A stretch of 64,000 nucleotides of DNA from Octopus sinensis (GCF_006345805.1 NC_043002.1:39990001-40054000), one strand, 5' to 3'. Positions 26,547-39,868 are shown, counted from the stretch's first letter. Numbers and translations are program-made. Notes: generated by a model not told the origin, from the letters alone.

Positions 26547-27110
26547 ATGTATGTATGCATGTGTTGTGTGTGTGTTCATACATATATAAGACAGATGATA
26601 CTTATATATATATATATAACTATATTTAATACAAAAGCAGTTTATCTTTTACACATTGTATTGAATAGATGACAGTGTTATCTAGTATCATCTTTTGTGC
26701 AAAGGTTATTTCATATTTTCATATGGGTTCTTTGCAGTTTGTTCAGAACAGTAAAGTCTTCAAACCTATCATCAACATTTCTAAGCCTTCATAGTCTCAC
26801 CGAGATCATACAAGCAATACTCATAACAACAGTACAATGCTAACGTTACACAAATAGCATACATTAGTTGCAAATAACTATATAGCCTTGGCTGATAATT
26901 TATTAATCTAATGCACAGAAATTTGAATTTCAGTGACAATGTGTACACGTATCACATTGAGCCTGACTAATGCAACATGGCAGTGAATATGTCAACTTAA
27001 CTCTGTATGTGTATATATTGGTGTGTGTGTGTGTGTGTTGTGTGTGTGTGTGTGTGTGTCATGCACAAACATATTCATACATATATGTGTATTTGTATGT
27101 GTGTGTGTGT

Positions 27111-27144
<34 letters not shown>

Positions 27145-27688
27145 CACATGGCTGAAACACAAAAGAAATAAAAGAAATATGTATATGTGTCTATATGTGT
27201 GTTTGTGTGTGTATTGTGCATGCGTGTTTGTGTGTCTGTGTGTGTGTGTATATGTATACACACACATGCATATATGTGTACATGTACACACACACACACA
27301 CACGTGTGTGTATGTGTGTATTATTTACAATAAACAAGTTTGCTTTCTTTCTCTCAACTTGAATCCTGTCCAGCTCATTTGTAAAGAGAAAATGGAAAAT
27401 ACAAGTTTTTCCTATTTCTCACAGGTAATCAAAAATGTCACAAAGAATAACCCTTCTACCACTACTACTACTATGAAGAAAAGGACAAGAACAAAAAGAA
27501 CAAGCGTAAGAAAACAAAATCACCACCACCACCACCACCACCACCAGCAACAACAACAACAAGCATGTGAATTTCTTGAGGAATAAGTTAACAAAGACGC
27601 AGTCACTAACAACAACAGGTGACAAGTTAATAAACATTAACCATTTTGATACTGCTTGATATTCTATAATATAAATGTTTTGTCTTAA

Positions 27689-27908
27689 CCCTTTAGCATT
27701 TAAACTGACCATATCTGGCCAAAATAATCTACCTGTTTTATCTTCAAACTGGCCAGATCTGGCCTCTCACACTTACCCGACAATATTATTCTAAAAATAA
27801 ACAATCACGTCATTGAAACTTCAAAGTTACAAGGAAATGCATGGCTAATTCATATCAATGTGAATAAATAAGCATTATGATTGATAGGGAAATCTGAATG
27901 CTAAAGAG
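27689..27908. mobile_element. piggyBac-like MITE, 220 bp
   Basis: TTAA|CCCTTTAGCATT...AATGCTAAAGAG|TTAA, i.e. a CCC-initial TIR with TTAA duplication. Confidence 0.75.
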
Positions 27909-27990
27909 TTAAATTAAAATGTTCCATCAAAATTTATGTCAATTTATGTTCCAAATGCCAACTTAATAACAACAAGGTTGTTTTACTAAA

Positions 27991-27992
<2 letters not shown>

Positions 27993-28023
<31 letters not shown>

Positions 28024-28465
28024 GCTTAACATCCGCTTTCCATGTTAGCATTGGTTGGACAATTTGACTGGGGGCTGGCGAACCAGATGGCTGCACCAGG
28101 CTCTAATCTTGATCTGGCAGAGTTCTACAGCTGGATGCCCTTCCTAACGCCAACCACTCCGAGAGTGTAGTGGGTGCTTTTACATGCCACTGGCATGGAG
28201 GCCAGTCAGGCAGTACCGGCAACGACCCCACTCAAATGTTTTTACCCGTGCCACCGGCACAAGTGCCAGTAAGGCGATGCTGGTAACAATCACACTCGAA
28301 TGGTGCCTTTTACGTGCCACCGGCACAGAAGCCAGTTAGTCACTCTGGCAATGATCACATTCAGATGGTGCTCTAAGCACCCTACTAGCACGGGGCACAA
28401 GTGCCAGTAAGGCGACGCTGGTAATGATCACACTTGAATGGTGCCTTTTATGTGCCACTGGCACA
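27993..28465 (-). mobile_element. 5'-truncated RTE 3' UTR with (GAT)n tail and ~60-bp internal repeats
   Basis: (CAT)n followed by CGCTTTCCATG...GGATGCCCTTCCTAACGCCAACC and repeated GGTGCYTTTTAYGTGCCACYGGCAC. Confidence 0.7.
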
Positions 28466-28722
28466 GTGTCTGAAACTAAAGCGATGTTTTTCAACAAATA
28501 TATGGAAGCAAAAGTATTAAGACAAGCACCTTTAAAATATTCTTTTCCATTTAAGAGAAAGAAACAGAAACGAAAGCTGTTGCATTCATGCTTTTCCAAA
28601 GTAGAATGCAGTGTAATTTGAAGGGAAGTTACATCAATAGTGAACTGGAACTGACTCACATTGTCTCAACAAAACATTCTTATAATATGATATCTTGAGA
28701 TTTCTTAATGATTGGTACAAGG

Positions 28723-29146
28723 CAGTGGTTCTTGACCTTTTTTTTTTTTTTGTAGTGCCCTCCTTTTAAGTAGTTGTTATGCCTAGCTCCTATCTAAGTG
28801 GCAAATCAAGTATCATGACTAAACTAACTTAACATGGATGATAATTTATAAATTTTTTTCTAAAAATGGATTGTATAAGCTTTTAAAAGTGAAATGATAA
28901 AAAACTGATAAAGACAAAATTTGTCAATTTATTTTATACATTGTAAGCTAATGACTTACCTGTACCTGGGGAGATCTCATTTTATTTTAATAACCATTAC
29001 TAGTTTTATCATGTATAATATAATTACTACTATAGATAAAATTTAGTATGTTAATTTTATTACTTCACTGCTCCATAAAGCCTAATGCTCCCTTTGACAT
29101 GCTCAGTGCCTTTTGGGTTTGGTGCTGCCCACTTTGAGAACCTTTG
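28723..29146. mobile_element. hAT (Charlie-like) MITE
   Basis: CAGTGGTTCTTGA...TTGAGAACCTTTG with 8-bp flanks GTACAAGG and GTATAAGG. Confidence 0.65.
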
Positions 29147-29304
29147 GTATAAGGCCATCTATACTGAAGGTTGGGTAGGGGTCCAGTCAACTGAATCAAT
29201 TCTTAACATGTCCACTGATTATTTTCCCAACTGTAGGTGTTTAATGCAATAGGGTTGATGGGGCAAAGGGTTTGTCAATTGAATTGACTCTTGACATCTC
29301 CACT

Positions 29305-29624
29305 CTCTCTTTTACTCTTTTACTTGTTTCAGTCATTTGACTGCTGCCATGCTGGAGCACCACCTTTAATCGAGCAACTTGACCCGGGACTTATTCTTTT
29401 GTAAGCCCAGTACTTATTTTATCGGTCTCTTTTGCCGAACCGCTAAGTAACGGGGACATAAACACACCAGCATCGGTTGTCAAGCAATGCTAGGGGGACA
29501 AACACAGACACACAAGCACACACACATCATCATCATCATCATCATCATTTAACATCCGCTTTCCATGCTAGCATGGGTTGGACGGTTCAACTGGGGTCTG
29601 GGGAGCCCGAAGGCTGCACCGTAT

Positions 29625-29670
<46 letters not shown>

Positions 29671-29835
29671 TACGACGGGCTTCTTTCAGTTTCCGTCTAC
29701 CAAATCCACTCACAAGGCCTTTGGTCGGCTCGAGGCTATAATAGAAGACACTTGCCCAAGGTGCCATGCAGTGGGACTGAACCCGGAACCATGTGGTTGG
29801 TAAACAAGCTACTTACCACACAGTCACTCCTGCGT
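29305..29835 (-). mobile_element. CORE-type SINE with a ~95-bp RTE tail (29525-29620) nested in its internal microsatellite
   Basis: SINE tail and head flank (CAT)n-TTAACATCCGCTTTCCATGCTAGCATGGG...GGCTGCACC. Confidence 0.75.
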
Positions 29836-31548
29836 CTTTTATTCCATTAACAGCAGATATTTAAATGATAAAGATGATATTGGTGTAATTTGAGCAAAGA
29901 CAGTAGATGACCAAAATTAAATACTGAACTCTAGTATAGATGCAGAACTAGACATATTGGGAGAAAAGCATGGACAATTAATTATATGATTTCAGTACTT
30001 TCCCACAGTGTGTATCTTATCAACTCTGAAAGAACAAGAAACCAAATTGAATCCCAAAGGGATTTGAACTCAAAACATAGAAAGATGTAGCAAAATATTG
30101 TATAGTATTTTATCTACTGCTCTACCAATTTTACCGATTTACTAACCTGCTAAAGACTAAATATTGAAAAGCATTTCATTCAGGAGTTTACTGTTTGTGC
30201 CTCTTTGTGAATGACAAAATCATTAAATTTGCTAAATTAATTTATGTTATTGTACCAGTCTTAATAAAATCCCCCAACTAGCTATTTTTAAAATTAATAC
30301 CCACAATTTTGTTGTCTAAATCTTATAGCCTAATACTAACAATATAGAGTGGATGGCTACAGCTAGAAATTTCTATTTGAATTAGTCAAGGCCCTGTGCC
30401 AGTGCTATGCCCAAAGCTGATCTGGGGTACTCATTAACAATAAGAAATAAATTTAAAAAAAAGCAAGTCTGGCTATCAGAAGTGTCAGTAAGAGAAACAA
30501 AGTAGAACAATAATTGTATAGAGAATAAATTGTTTAGAGCCCCGTTGCCACATGAATAGCAAAAGTTGAGCTAATATTGTTTTGCCTTATATAATTCCAC
30601 TCGTAGCTAAGCATTATAGTTTTATAAATAGACTCAGTACATGACTGTTTTTCATACACATTGCTTTTGTTTTATTCTTTGTTTTTGTAGTTGTTGTTTT
30701 GTTTGTTTTATTTTTTTTTAACCAATTTCAGTAGAATTGGCAAAGATTGGCAAGATTTGAAGCCAGAACCTAAATAAATTCCACTAGGTATTTTGACAAT
30801 TGCTCAAAAAATTTTTCAACAGGCCAACTTATTTAACCCTCTCAGGCCATACTTTTAGTATACCAAGAATTTCAGGCTTGTTTCTTTGCCAAATTACTGA
30901 TATAATTTTAATATGGGGAAACCCCATGTTAAAATCAGTTCAAACAAAAAATAAACCAACCAATCAGAATGAAGATTTGTCTTCACTGCCGTGTTAGTTT
31001 CTTTACAAATATCTGTTTGGTGATAAGGTGCATCTTGAGAATTATTTTTCTGATATATTTTGACCATAAAATGATGCTCATCCAGCCAAGTATGTCTGGA
31101 GAGGGACACCAAAGGCATAGGATGTTCATTACTGCAGGAATTAGAATATTCTGAGAATGCATTGAAATTCAATGAAATGTATCCTGAAGATGATTTACAA
31201 TCAGTCAATGTGAATGGAAGTGTTTAAAGTTGATGACAAAATGGGAGACCATGTTCATATTTCACAAACTTAAAGTGAAAACAATGTACTGCAAAAGAAA
31301 ATTGATGTCTGGCAGCACACAGTATTCGGATAGATTGAAGACTTATTGATTTTAGATGAGAACCTAAGATTCTATATGTTTTTTTTCAAATTATTTTCAG
31401 TAAATGGCTTTCTGTGTATTGACATGGTTAAAGCAGGGATCACCAAAATGTTAACTAGAAATAAATAAGTGATGAAAGAACGAAAAATATTATCCATTGA
31501 CTAATATTATTTTCTTTTCTTTAAGCAAGCATGGGAAACTATTTCAGA

Positions 31549-31793
31549 TCTGTTGTGTCTGGGGAGGGTCATTTTCTTTTTGTACCTTATAATGTAACCG
31601 GTAAAATTTCCACTTATTTCTTATTTTTATTTTCCTAAAATTTTTATTGCGTCTTGCAACCTTTTCAATAGTCTGCAAGATGCAACGAAAATTTTAGGAA
31701 AATCAAAATAAGAAATAAGTGGAAATTTTACCAGTGAGTGTGTTACATTATAAGGCACAAAAAGAAAATGACTCTCCCTAGACACACAACAGA
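31549..31793. repeat. Long inverted repeat (arms ~110-120 bp, 15-nt loop)
   Basis: 31549-31658 is the near-exact reverse complement of 31674-31793. Confidence 0.9.
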
Positions 31794-32015
31794 ATATGCT
31801 TCAACACACGAACTCATATAAAGAATCATGCAAACCAAATCCAAAAACGAAATATTTCAGATCTATTTCAGATCTAGACTCCTTTATACATATCTGAGTA
31901 GCATCAAGAGAATCACTAAGTAAATAATGTATAAGAAGATACAGACCATTGAGCCAGTGATTGTTTTTGGCTTCCACTAAGTAAACAAGGAACAAATCTC
32001 ACCCCATTCTATGGC

Positions 32016-32268
32016 CAGTGGTGTAGCTAGAGTGTGCGCCAACTGGGGTGGCCTTTCAGTTTACCATCCCTGGGCCCCTTCAAAAAATACACATTGCACA
32101 GTGACTATATAAATTGTTGGATTTAATGGTGAATAGTGTCTGAATCCTGACATTAAAACCACTATTTGACTTCAATATAGCCTTTACAGGCTTATAGCCT
32201 ACAGCAGACCCAAAAGTGGTGCCACCCAGAATGGACCACCCCTTCCACCCCCTCTAGCTACGCTTGTG
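32016..32268. mobile_element. hAT-type MITE, 253 bp
   Basis: CAGTGGTGTAGCTAG...CTAGCTACGCTTGTG with a perfect 8-bp TSD TCTATGGC on both sides. Confidence 0.8.
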
Positions 32269-33530
32269 TCTATGGCAGGTAACTTTTTCTATGATGATGA
32301 CAATGGTGACGATGATGACGACGATGACGACGGTGATGGTGATGATGATGACAATGGTGACGACAACGACGATGATGATGACGATGATGATGAATTAAAG
32401 CTGATCCCATAGTCTGTTACTCTGGAGTGTTCCTGGTGTATAGTCAATTTCTTAAGGAAGATGAAAGCAAAAACTGCACTCAAGAAACAGGCACAAAGAA
32501 CAATCTAGATAAACTACTATACTCTAGTATGGTTTTAAGTACTTTTTCTCCCATTTGTGAAAACCACCAGAGATGTGTGTGTGTGTGTGCGCACGCGCTC
32601 GTGTGAATGTTTATGTGTTTCTTTGTCTACAACAAATTCACTGTAACAGTTTTTCTAGCTCACACCTAACCCAATAAATACAATAATAAATCAAGCATTT
32701 TGGCATCCAATATCAAAGAAAAATTAGAGCACATATTCTGTTACTACTATAACTAAGAATACCACTGCTACTGCTACTGCTGCTGCTGCTGCTGCTACTG
32801 CCTCTGTTATACTGCTGGCTTGTAGTTAAATAGAAGGCTCAGTTGGTATTCAATAATATAGAAGCAGTAATGTAATGAATCAGCATGTTTACAGCCCAGC
32901 AGATTGAAATTGATACATAATACATATTAAGTCTATATAATCTAAAACTGTCAGAATGAAATCATGACGTCCACCACCACCACCACATCAACAACAACAA
33001 CACCCAACAAGTTATGAACAAAAACAAAAAAAGGGAAGGCAAGCCAGTGACCAAATGCAGCTGTTGCCATGACTATAATTAGACATAATGGATCACAGGA
33101 AGTGATAGCTTGTCCCTGTTTAGTTCTTATCTGGCAGTCTTGTATAGAATGTTTGGGTAGGTAGGCCTGTTCAATTTGCCTACCTGTGTATGTTTTGTGA
33201 TTGCCCCTCCACTCTTACTTACACATAACACAAATACACCTTCACTCTCTTGTACATGAGTACACAGGTAAATATAATATAATCTTGAGGGAAAAGCGGG
33301 CAGATAAAGTCTAAATACGCTGGGTTTTTTTTTCCTCTTGCTACACCTGTGCACACTTGGAGAAGATTGTGTATTTTCCCTTACCCTCCTTTGGTTCTGG
33401 TTTATGCACTTTGTTTCTTCTGTTTAGGCAGTGTAATCAAAGTTCAGCAGTGGGGACAGAAAATCAACAGCTTGAATAGTGACACTAAGAATTAGATGTG
33501 CTCACACACACACACACACACACACACACA

Positions 33531-33561
<31 letters not shown>

Positions 33562-33709
33562 GCACACACACACACAAACACACACGGCTACATACACCCA
33601 CACTCAAACATACACATGCACACACACACAAACGCACATAAACACACACATGCACACACTCACATACACACATACAAACACACATGCATGCATGCATAAA
33701 CATACACAT

Positions 33710-33740
<31 letters not shown>

Positions 33741-34046
33741 TACATACATTCACTCTCAAACATACACGTATGCACTCACATAAAAACACACATGCACAAA
33801 CACACACACACACTCATTCACACATGCAGATACACACACACACACACATACAAACACACACATGCAGACACACAATCATGCACATACATTTGTCTTAAGT
33901 TGTTTCACAAACCTACACTTGGAACTGATTACAAAGTAATTTCTTCAGCTAATAAAAGACATGGTGATGTATGTATGCAAATCACAAGTTAGAAATTTGA
34001 AACATTCTGATAGCAGAGAATATAAAATAAATAAATAAATAAATAA

Positions 34047-34625
34047 GCTAGAAAAGCACTCGGAGAGCGCAGACCTCAGTCAAGCAGCTCATTTCCACCC
34101 ATATACACGCATGCTGAAAATCACCCAATTTCCCAAACCAACACCGGCAAAAACATAACCTCCTTGGTGGGGGTAAAAAAAAAATAATAACACAGCCATA
34201 TGATTTTTTTAAAAAAACCTTTAAAAATAGGAATCAACTGAAGCAGTTATAATACATTAATGACAACCGCAAGCTAGTTTCACCATACAACTAAAAAGAA
34301 ACAACAATTACCTAAAACTTGACTGATACACACACAACATGTAAAATTACTAATAGAGAAACGAAAATAAACTTTGGAAACAGCAACGCCACCATAGGTT
34401 AAGTGAAAACGATGAACGTGTTTTCAAGGGAGATAATCAAAGAACATAACATTGTAATACTTCATGTAAAGTAAATATAACAAATCCTTCAAGAATCCAT
34501 TAAAATTCCCGGATCACTACCAAAATTTCATCATATGTTCCTTGTGTCATTACCAACTCTTTCTGCAAATTTTATCAAATACCGTTCACAACTTTTTGAT
34601 TTATTTTGCACACAGACAGACAGTA
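34047..34625 (-). mobile_element. Helentron-associated (HINE/DINE-like) element fragments
   Basis: AGAAAAGCACTCGGAGAGCGCAGACCTC...AAAACATAACCTCCTTGGTGGGGGTAA (terminal hairpin) and a separate internal piece CCAAAATTTCATCA...CAAATTTTATCAAA...ACAGACAGACAG. Confidence 0.5.
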
Positions 34626-34739
34626 ATGATTTGGTAAAGAAATCATTATTTGTGTCCATGAGTTGAGCGATGATGAGCAAGCAAACCAGCAGAAATTGTG
34701 GCTCGTTGATTTTTGTTGTTGTCACTGAAAGCATGTGGA

Positions 34740-35650
34740 ACCCATCCTCCATACTTGGCATGCATGTACCATCAAATCCCTGTCAACACCAACGACATTC
34801 CAAAGACAGCTGTCACCAGACCTTTTGGAGCATCTGAATTCTTGTCTATGCCATTTGGTCTTTGTAATGTGGACAGCATGTTCCAAAGGTTCATTGATGA
34901 GGTCGTTTGTGGGTTAGACTTTGTCTTCACAGACATCAATGACTTTTTAATCACCAGTAGTACTCTGGACCAGCACCTCCAATACTTAACTCAACTGTTC
35001 AAGTGTCTGTGTTCCTATGATGGGAAGATCAATCCAGCTAAATATGTATTTGGTTCTACCAGCTTGAAATTCTTGGGGCATCTTATTGACGCCAACAGTA
35101 TTTGTCCTCTAAAGTGGAAGCCATCAAATGCTTGTCTCTTCCTGTTTCCTTAAAACAGTTCAGAAATTTTATTGGTATAATTAATTATTATTGTGGCTTC
35201 ATTCCTAACTGTATGGAAAAGTTGGTTCCCTTGACTCAGCTTTTGAAACATCAACGCAAGAAAGATATCCCAATTACACTGTCTCCTACAGCCATCCAAG
35301 CTGTTGAATCTGTCAAAGCTGAGCTTGCTCAAGCATCCTTCCTTGCTTATCCTGTTGCTGATGCAAAATTGTCTCTTACTGTAGATGTGTCTGCTTTGGC
35401 CATTGGCAAAGTTTTGCAGCAATTTGTCAATGGCTAAACCCAGTTACTAGCTTTCTTTTCTTGCCAGTTGAAAACTGCTGAATTGAAGTACAGTGTGTTT
35501 GGTAAGGAACTCTTAGGGATTTATCTAGCAGTGAAGTATTTCTCTCACCTTCTTGAAGGTAGAGATTTCACGATTTTCACCAACCACAAACCGCTAAAGT
35601 TCACTCTTTTTGCCAAAACGGACTGGTCATTAGATGGTTTCATCACGTGA
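34740..35650 (+). pseudogene. Gypsy/Ty3 pol fragment (RT - RNase H)
   Basis: YHQIPV...DIPKTAVTRPFG..EFLSMPFGLCN...FQRFID...DINDFLI (YIDD-like), FLGHLI, LTVDVSALAIG.VLQQ, and YSVFGKELLGIYLAVKYF...FTNHKPL. Frameshifted. Confidence 0.9.
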
Positions 35651-35704
35651 GACCATGGCCATCTATATATATGCATGTCTGTGTGTTTGTGTATATACAC
35701 ACAA

Positions 35705-35765
<61 letters not shown>

Positions 35766-36421
35766 TACAGGTTTCTTTTCATTTCTGTCGACCAAATCCA
35801 CTCACAAGGCATTGGTTAGCGCAGGGCTGTAGCAGAAGAAACATTCCCAAGGTGCCATGCAATAGAACTGAACCCAGAACCATGCAGTTGGGAAGGAAGC
35901 TTCTTATCATAGTCATGCTTGTGCATCATATAGTGAATATTTTGAAAATTAGTATGGGCCAGATGAAAACTAGTGAGTCTATCAAAAATCTAAATTGATT
36001 CTGAATGAAAACTAAACTGACTGACAAACTAGAAATGAAAAAAAAATATATTGATGTGTGTGTAAAAGCATGGTTCTTTGAATATGACCCATTAACCCCA
36101 AACACATATTGCTTATGATAAGGGTGTTCACTGTTAACCACTCAAGAAATTCACTCATTATGTTCTAGTACTTAACGACACCTACTTTCAGATGGTAATT
36201 TCCTTACTCAAATTCTCAGAGACTTAAAATGTCTCTTCCATTAATAATTCCGTTTTCTGTTATAATTACACAGACTTCAATGAGTGAAAGTTTAACACTC
36301 TGCAAAGATCTGACATTTTAACCATTTCCAGCCCAAAATGTTTTACCTGTTTTTTTGTCAAAACTGGCCAGGTCTGGCCTCTCACACCTACCTGACAATG
36401 TCACTCAGATCATTAACAATC

Positions 36422-36830
36422 AACATCATCATAATCATCATCGTTTAGCGTCCGTTTTCCATGCTAGCATGGGTTGGACGGTTCAACTGGGGTCTGTGAA
36501 GCCAGAAGGCTTCATCAGGCCTAGTCAGATCTAGCAGTGTTTCTACGGCTGGATGCCCTTCCTAACGCCAACCACTCCGTGAGTGTAGTGGGTGCTTTTT
36601 ACGTGCCACCCGCATAGGTGCCAGACAGAGCTGGCAAACGGCCACGAACGGATGGTGCTTTTTATGTGCCACCGGCATGGGGGCCAGGCAAGGCTGGCAA
36701 CGGACACGAACGGATGGTGCTTTTTACGTGCCACCGGCACGAGGCCAGTTGGGGCGGCGCTGGCAATGGTCATGAACGGATGGTTCTCTTACATGCCACC
36801 GGCACTGGTAACACATCTGCAATTTCCATT
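36422..36830 (-). mobile_element. 5'-truncated RTE 3' UTR with ~4 60-bp units
   Basis: Near-identical to the start of 36885-37911. Confidence 0.75.
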
Positions 36831-36884
36831 GATCGATTTCAAAATCTCAAAGCTATGAGATAAGCCATGGTTAATTCAAAACAA

Positions 36885-37911
36885 TCATCATCATCATCAT
36901 CATCATCATCGTTTAGCGTCCGCTTTCCATGCTAGCATGGGTTGGACGGGTCAACTGGGGTCTGTGAAGCTGGAAGGCTTCGTCAGGCCCAGTCAGATCT
37001 GGCAGTGTTTCTACGGCTGGATGCCCTTCCTAACGCGCCAACCACTCTCCGCGAGTGTAGTGGGTGTTTTTTACGTCCACCTGCACAGGTGCCAGACAGA
37101 GCTAGCGAACGGCCACGACCGGATGGTGCTTTTACGTGTCACCGGCACGGAGCCAGGCGATGCTGGCAACGGACACGAACGGATGGTGCTTTTACGTGCC
37201 ACCGACACGGGGCCAGACAGAGCTGGCAACCGCCAGACACGAACAGACGGTGCTTTTACGTGTCACCGGCACGGGAGCCAGCCGAGGCTGGCAACGGACG
37301 CGAACGGATGGTGCTTTTACGTGCCACCACCACACGGTTGCCAGACAGAGCTGGCAAACGGCCACGAGCGGACGGTGCTTTTACGTGTCACCCACGGGGG
37401 CCAGCCGAGGCTGGCAACGGACACGAACGGATGGTGCTTTTACGTGCCCCCGACACGGGGCCACAGAGCTGGCAAACGGCCACGAACGGATGGTGCTTTT
37501 ACGTGCCACCGACACGGGGCCAGACAGAGCTGGCAAACGGCCACGAACGACGTGCTTTTTACGTGTCACACCGGCAAGGGGCCAGGCGAGGCTGGCAACG
37601 AACACGAACGGATGGTGCTTTTACGTGCCACCGACACGGGGCCAGGCAGAGCTGGCAAACGGCCACGAGCGAATGGTGCTTTTACGTATCACCGGCACGG
37701 GTGCCAGACGAGGCTGACAGCGGAGACGAACGGATGGGTCACTTAACCCCTGCTTTCTGATATATGATTTGATTTTGATTGTTCTCACTGGTCTTGCCGG
37801 GTCTTCTCACGCACAGCATACTTCCATAGGTCTCGGTCTCTGGTCATTTCCTTGGTGAGACCTAGAGTTCGAAGGTCGTGCTTCACCACCTCGACCCAGG
37901 TTTTCCTAGGT
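36885..37911 (-). mobile_element. 5'-truncated RTE LINE: ORF C-terminus + 3' UTR with an ~11-unit 60-bp VNTR + (GAT)n tail
   Basis: Minus translation of ~37910-37785 is PRKTWVEVVKHDLRTLGLTKEMTRDRDLWKYAVREKTRQDQ*. The VNTR spans ~37062-37737. Confidence 0.85.
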
Positions 37912-38467
37912 CAATACAAATTAATAAACGATACATTTGACAGAGTAATATCTGAATGCTAAAGAGTTAAATAAGCAACTGTGGAATTTGTAATAACCTT
38001 AAGATGCTGTAAAATTATGATTACAATAATTGTGGTGCTAGCAGCGGCAGTGGATGGCGTGATGGCAGCAGCAAGGGCAACTGCATTGGTGGTAGTGGTG
38101 GTGGTGGTGGCGGCAGCGGCAGCGGCGGCGGTAGTGGTGGTGGTAGTTGTGGTTGTGGTGGTGGTGGTGGTAGTGGTGGTGGTGGTGGTGGTGGTGTGGT
38201 GGTGGTGGTGGTGGTGGTGGTAGTGGTAATGGTAATGGTGTAATGAAGAGGAATAGAAATAGTGAAGGTAGAAGAAAAGAAAGAAAGAGTTTAGAGGTAG
38301 ATGATCAATGGAACAGATTGTATGTATGTTGGTATGTAAGTATATACATGTGTGCATGTGTGTGTATGTGTATGTTTGTGTGTATGTATGTATGTGGTGT
38401 TTGTGTGTGGTGTTTGTGTGTACCTGTGTATGTGTGTCTGTTTGTGTGTATGTGTGTATGTATATGT

Positions 38468-38501
<34 letters not shown>

Positions 38502-38740
38502 AAATGCATGTTTGTGTGTGAATGCATGTGTGCATGTCTGTGTATGTGCACATGTGTGTGTGTCTGTATGTGTGCATGTATATGTGTGTTTGTGTGTGTG
38601 TGTGTTGTGTGTGTGTGTGTGTGTGTGTATCTACCCATAGAAGACATACCAAAGCTGTCACTGAAGCTCAGCACAGACTTGTGGCTTGTCAGATCCTGTC
38701 AAGCTATCCAACCTGTATCAGCATAGAAAACAGATATTGG

Positions 38741-38771
<31 letters not shown>

Positions 38772-39245
38772 TGATGAGTGGATTGACAAATGGAAGAAAA
38801 TAGCAGCTGTAAGTATTTAATAACATTGACTCAGCTCCATATTAATTAGTTCCTTAGCAGTAGAATGTGTCCACATCATCAGGTGTACACAATCAGACTG
38901 AAGAGAATCTTCAAAAGTACTTAAATGGCTCGTAGGTGAGAATGTTTGGGCTTCAGCTAGTCAGGTCAGGTCACCTTCTTGGCAAAGCATGTTCTCTTGC
39001 GACATGGTAGCTGCAGTTTCTGAAATATCAAACCATACGAAACAACAACTACTTGACACCAACATACTATTTGCTCTACCACATGGAACATAAAAATGAA
39101 TGAGTCACTGTAGCTGTATAGCCAACAAAACATGAACTGACCAATGGAGGTCTCAAATATTCCAAATGACCAGAGTTAACCAAGAAGCTATTGTTAAATT
39201 ATTTTAAATTCTCTTCCCTCTAACTCCATACATTTGAAGATGTGA

Positions 39246-39345
39246 NNNNNNNNNNNNNNNNNNNNNNNNNNNNNNNNNNNNNNNNNNNNNNNNNNNNNNN
39301 NNNNNNNNNNNNNNNNNNNNNNNNNNNNNNNNNNNNNNNNNNNNN
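39246..39345. other. Assembly gap (100 N)
   Basis: Run of exactly 100 N. Confidence 1.
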
Positions 39346-39868
39346 TGCAGCTACACAAAACAATTAATTTTCTTCGAAATTATGGGCTTTTGTGCAGCAT
39401 TCAAATTTGTCCTCTTTGTGGTGAGGTTATGAGGCTCAATAGAAACCTGCTTTATGCTAATGGATATTTATAAACTGTATCTAAAGTTTCTTATGAGAAA
39501 TTGTCATTGCAAACAGACATGTTCAGTGACAGAAATATGTTCTAGGAATGTGGGTTATGCTAAGGTCCATGAGGTTGTGTTTTGGAAAGAGAGGGGGTTA
39601 AATGCTAATTAGATATCCCCACCCCAAGAGCTTAAAAAGTAGGGAAACACCTTCTCCATGCATGTGACTTTGACTTCAAATAAGCCAATTATTGAGCATG
39701 TAATATGGCAAGCATGAAAGTAAAAGCCAATAAAAAAAAAATTAAAGTTTTCCACTGTTTAACCGAGAAATACCTACTTCTGATAAGATTTTACTGTAGA
39801 GATAATGCCTTATGTATGTATGTATGTATGTATGTATGTATGTATGTATGTATGTATGTATGTATGTA

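Larger units (their letters stand above)
36296..37966. mobile_element. piggyBac-like MITE split by two RTE 3'-end insertions
   Basis: Pieces at 36296-36420, 36835-36885 and 37912-37966 align in order to 27689-27908 and end AATGCTAAAGAG|TTAA. Confidence 0.6.

Noticed and set aside
37062-37737. CRISPR array
   Set aside because: The 'spacers' are homologous to each other (two alternating types), there are no cas genes, the context is eukaryotic, and the array lies inside an RTE 3' UTR.
36937-37760. 269-272-aa repetitive ORFs
   Set aside because: Translations of the 60-bp VNTR on the antisense strand of a LINE UTR.
39410-39460. CPLCGEVMRL zinc-ribbon-like peptide (possible Merlin-type transposase)
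   Set aside because: Too short, adjacent to an assembly gap, and no supporting downstream motifs.
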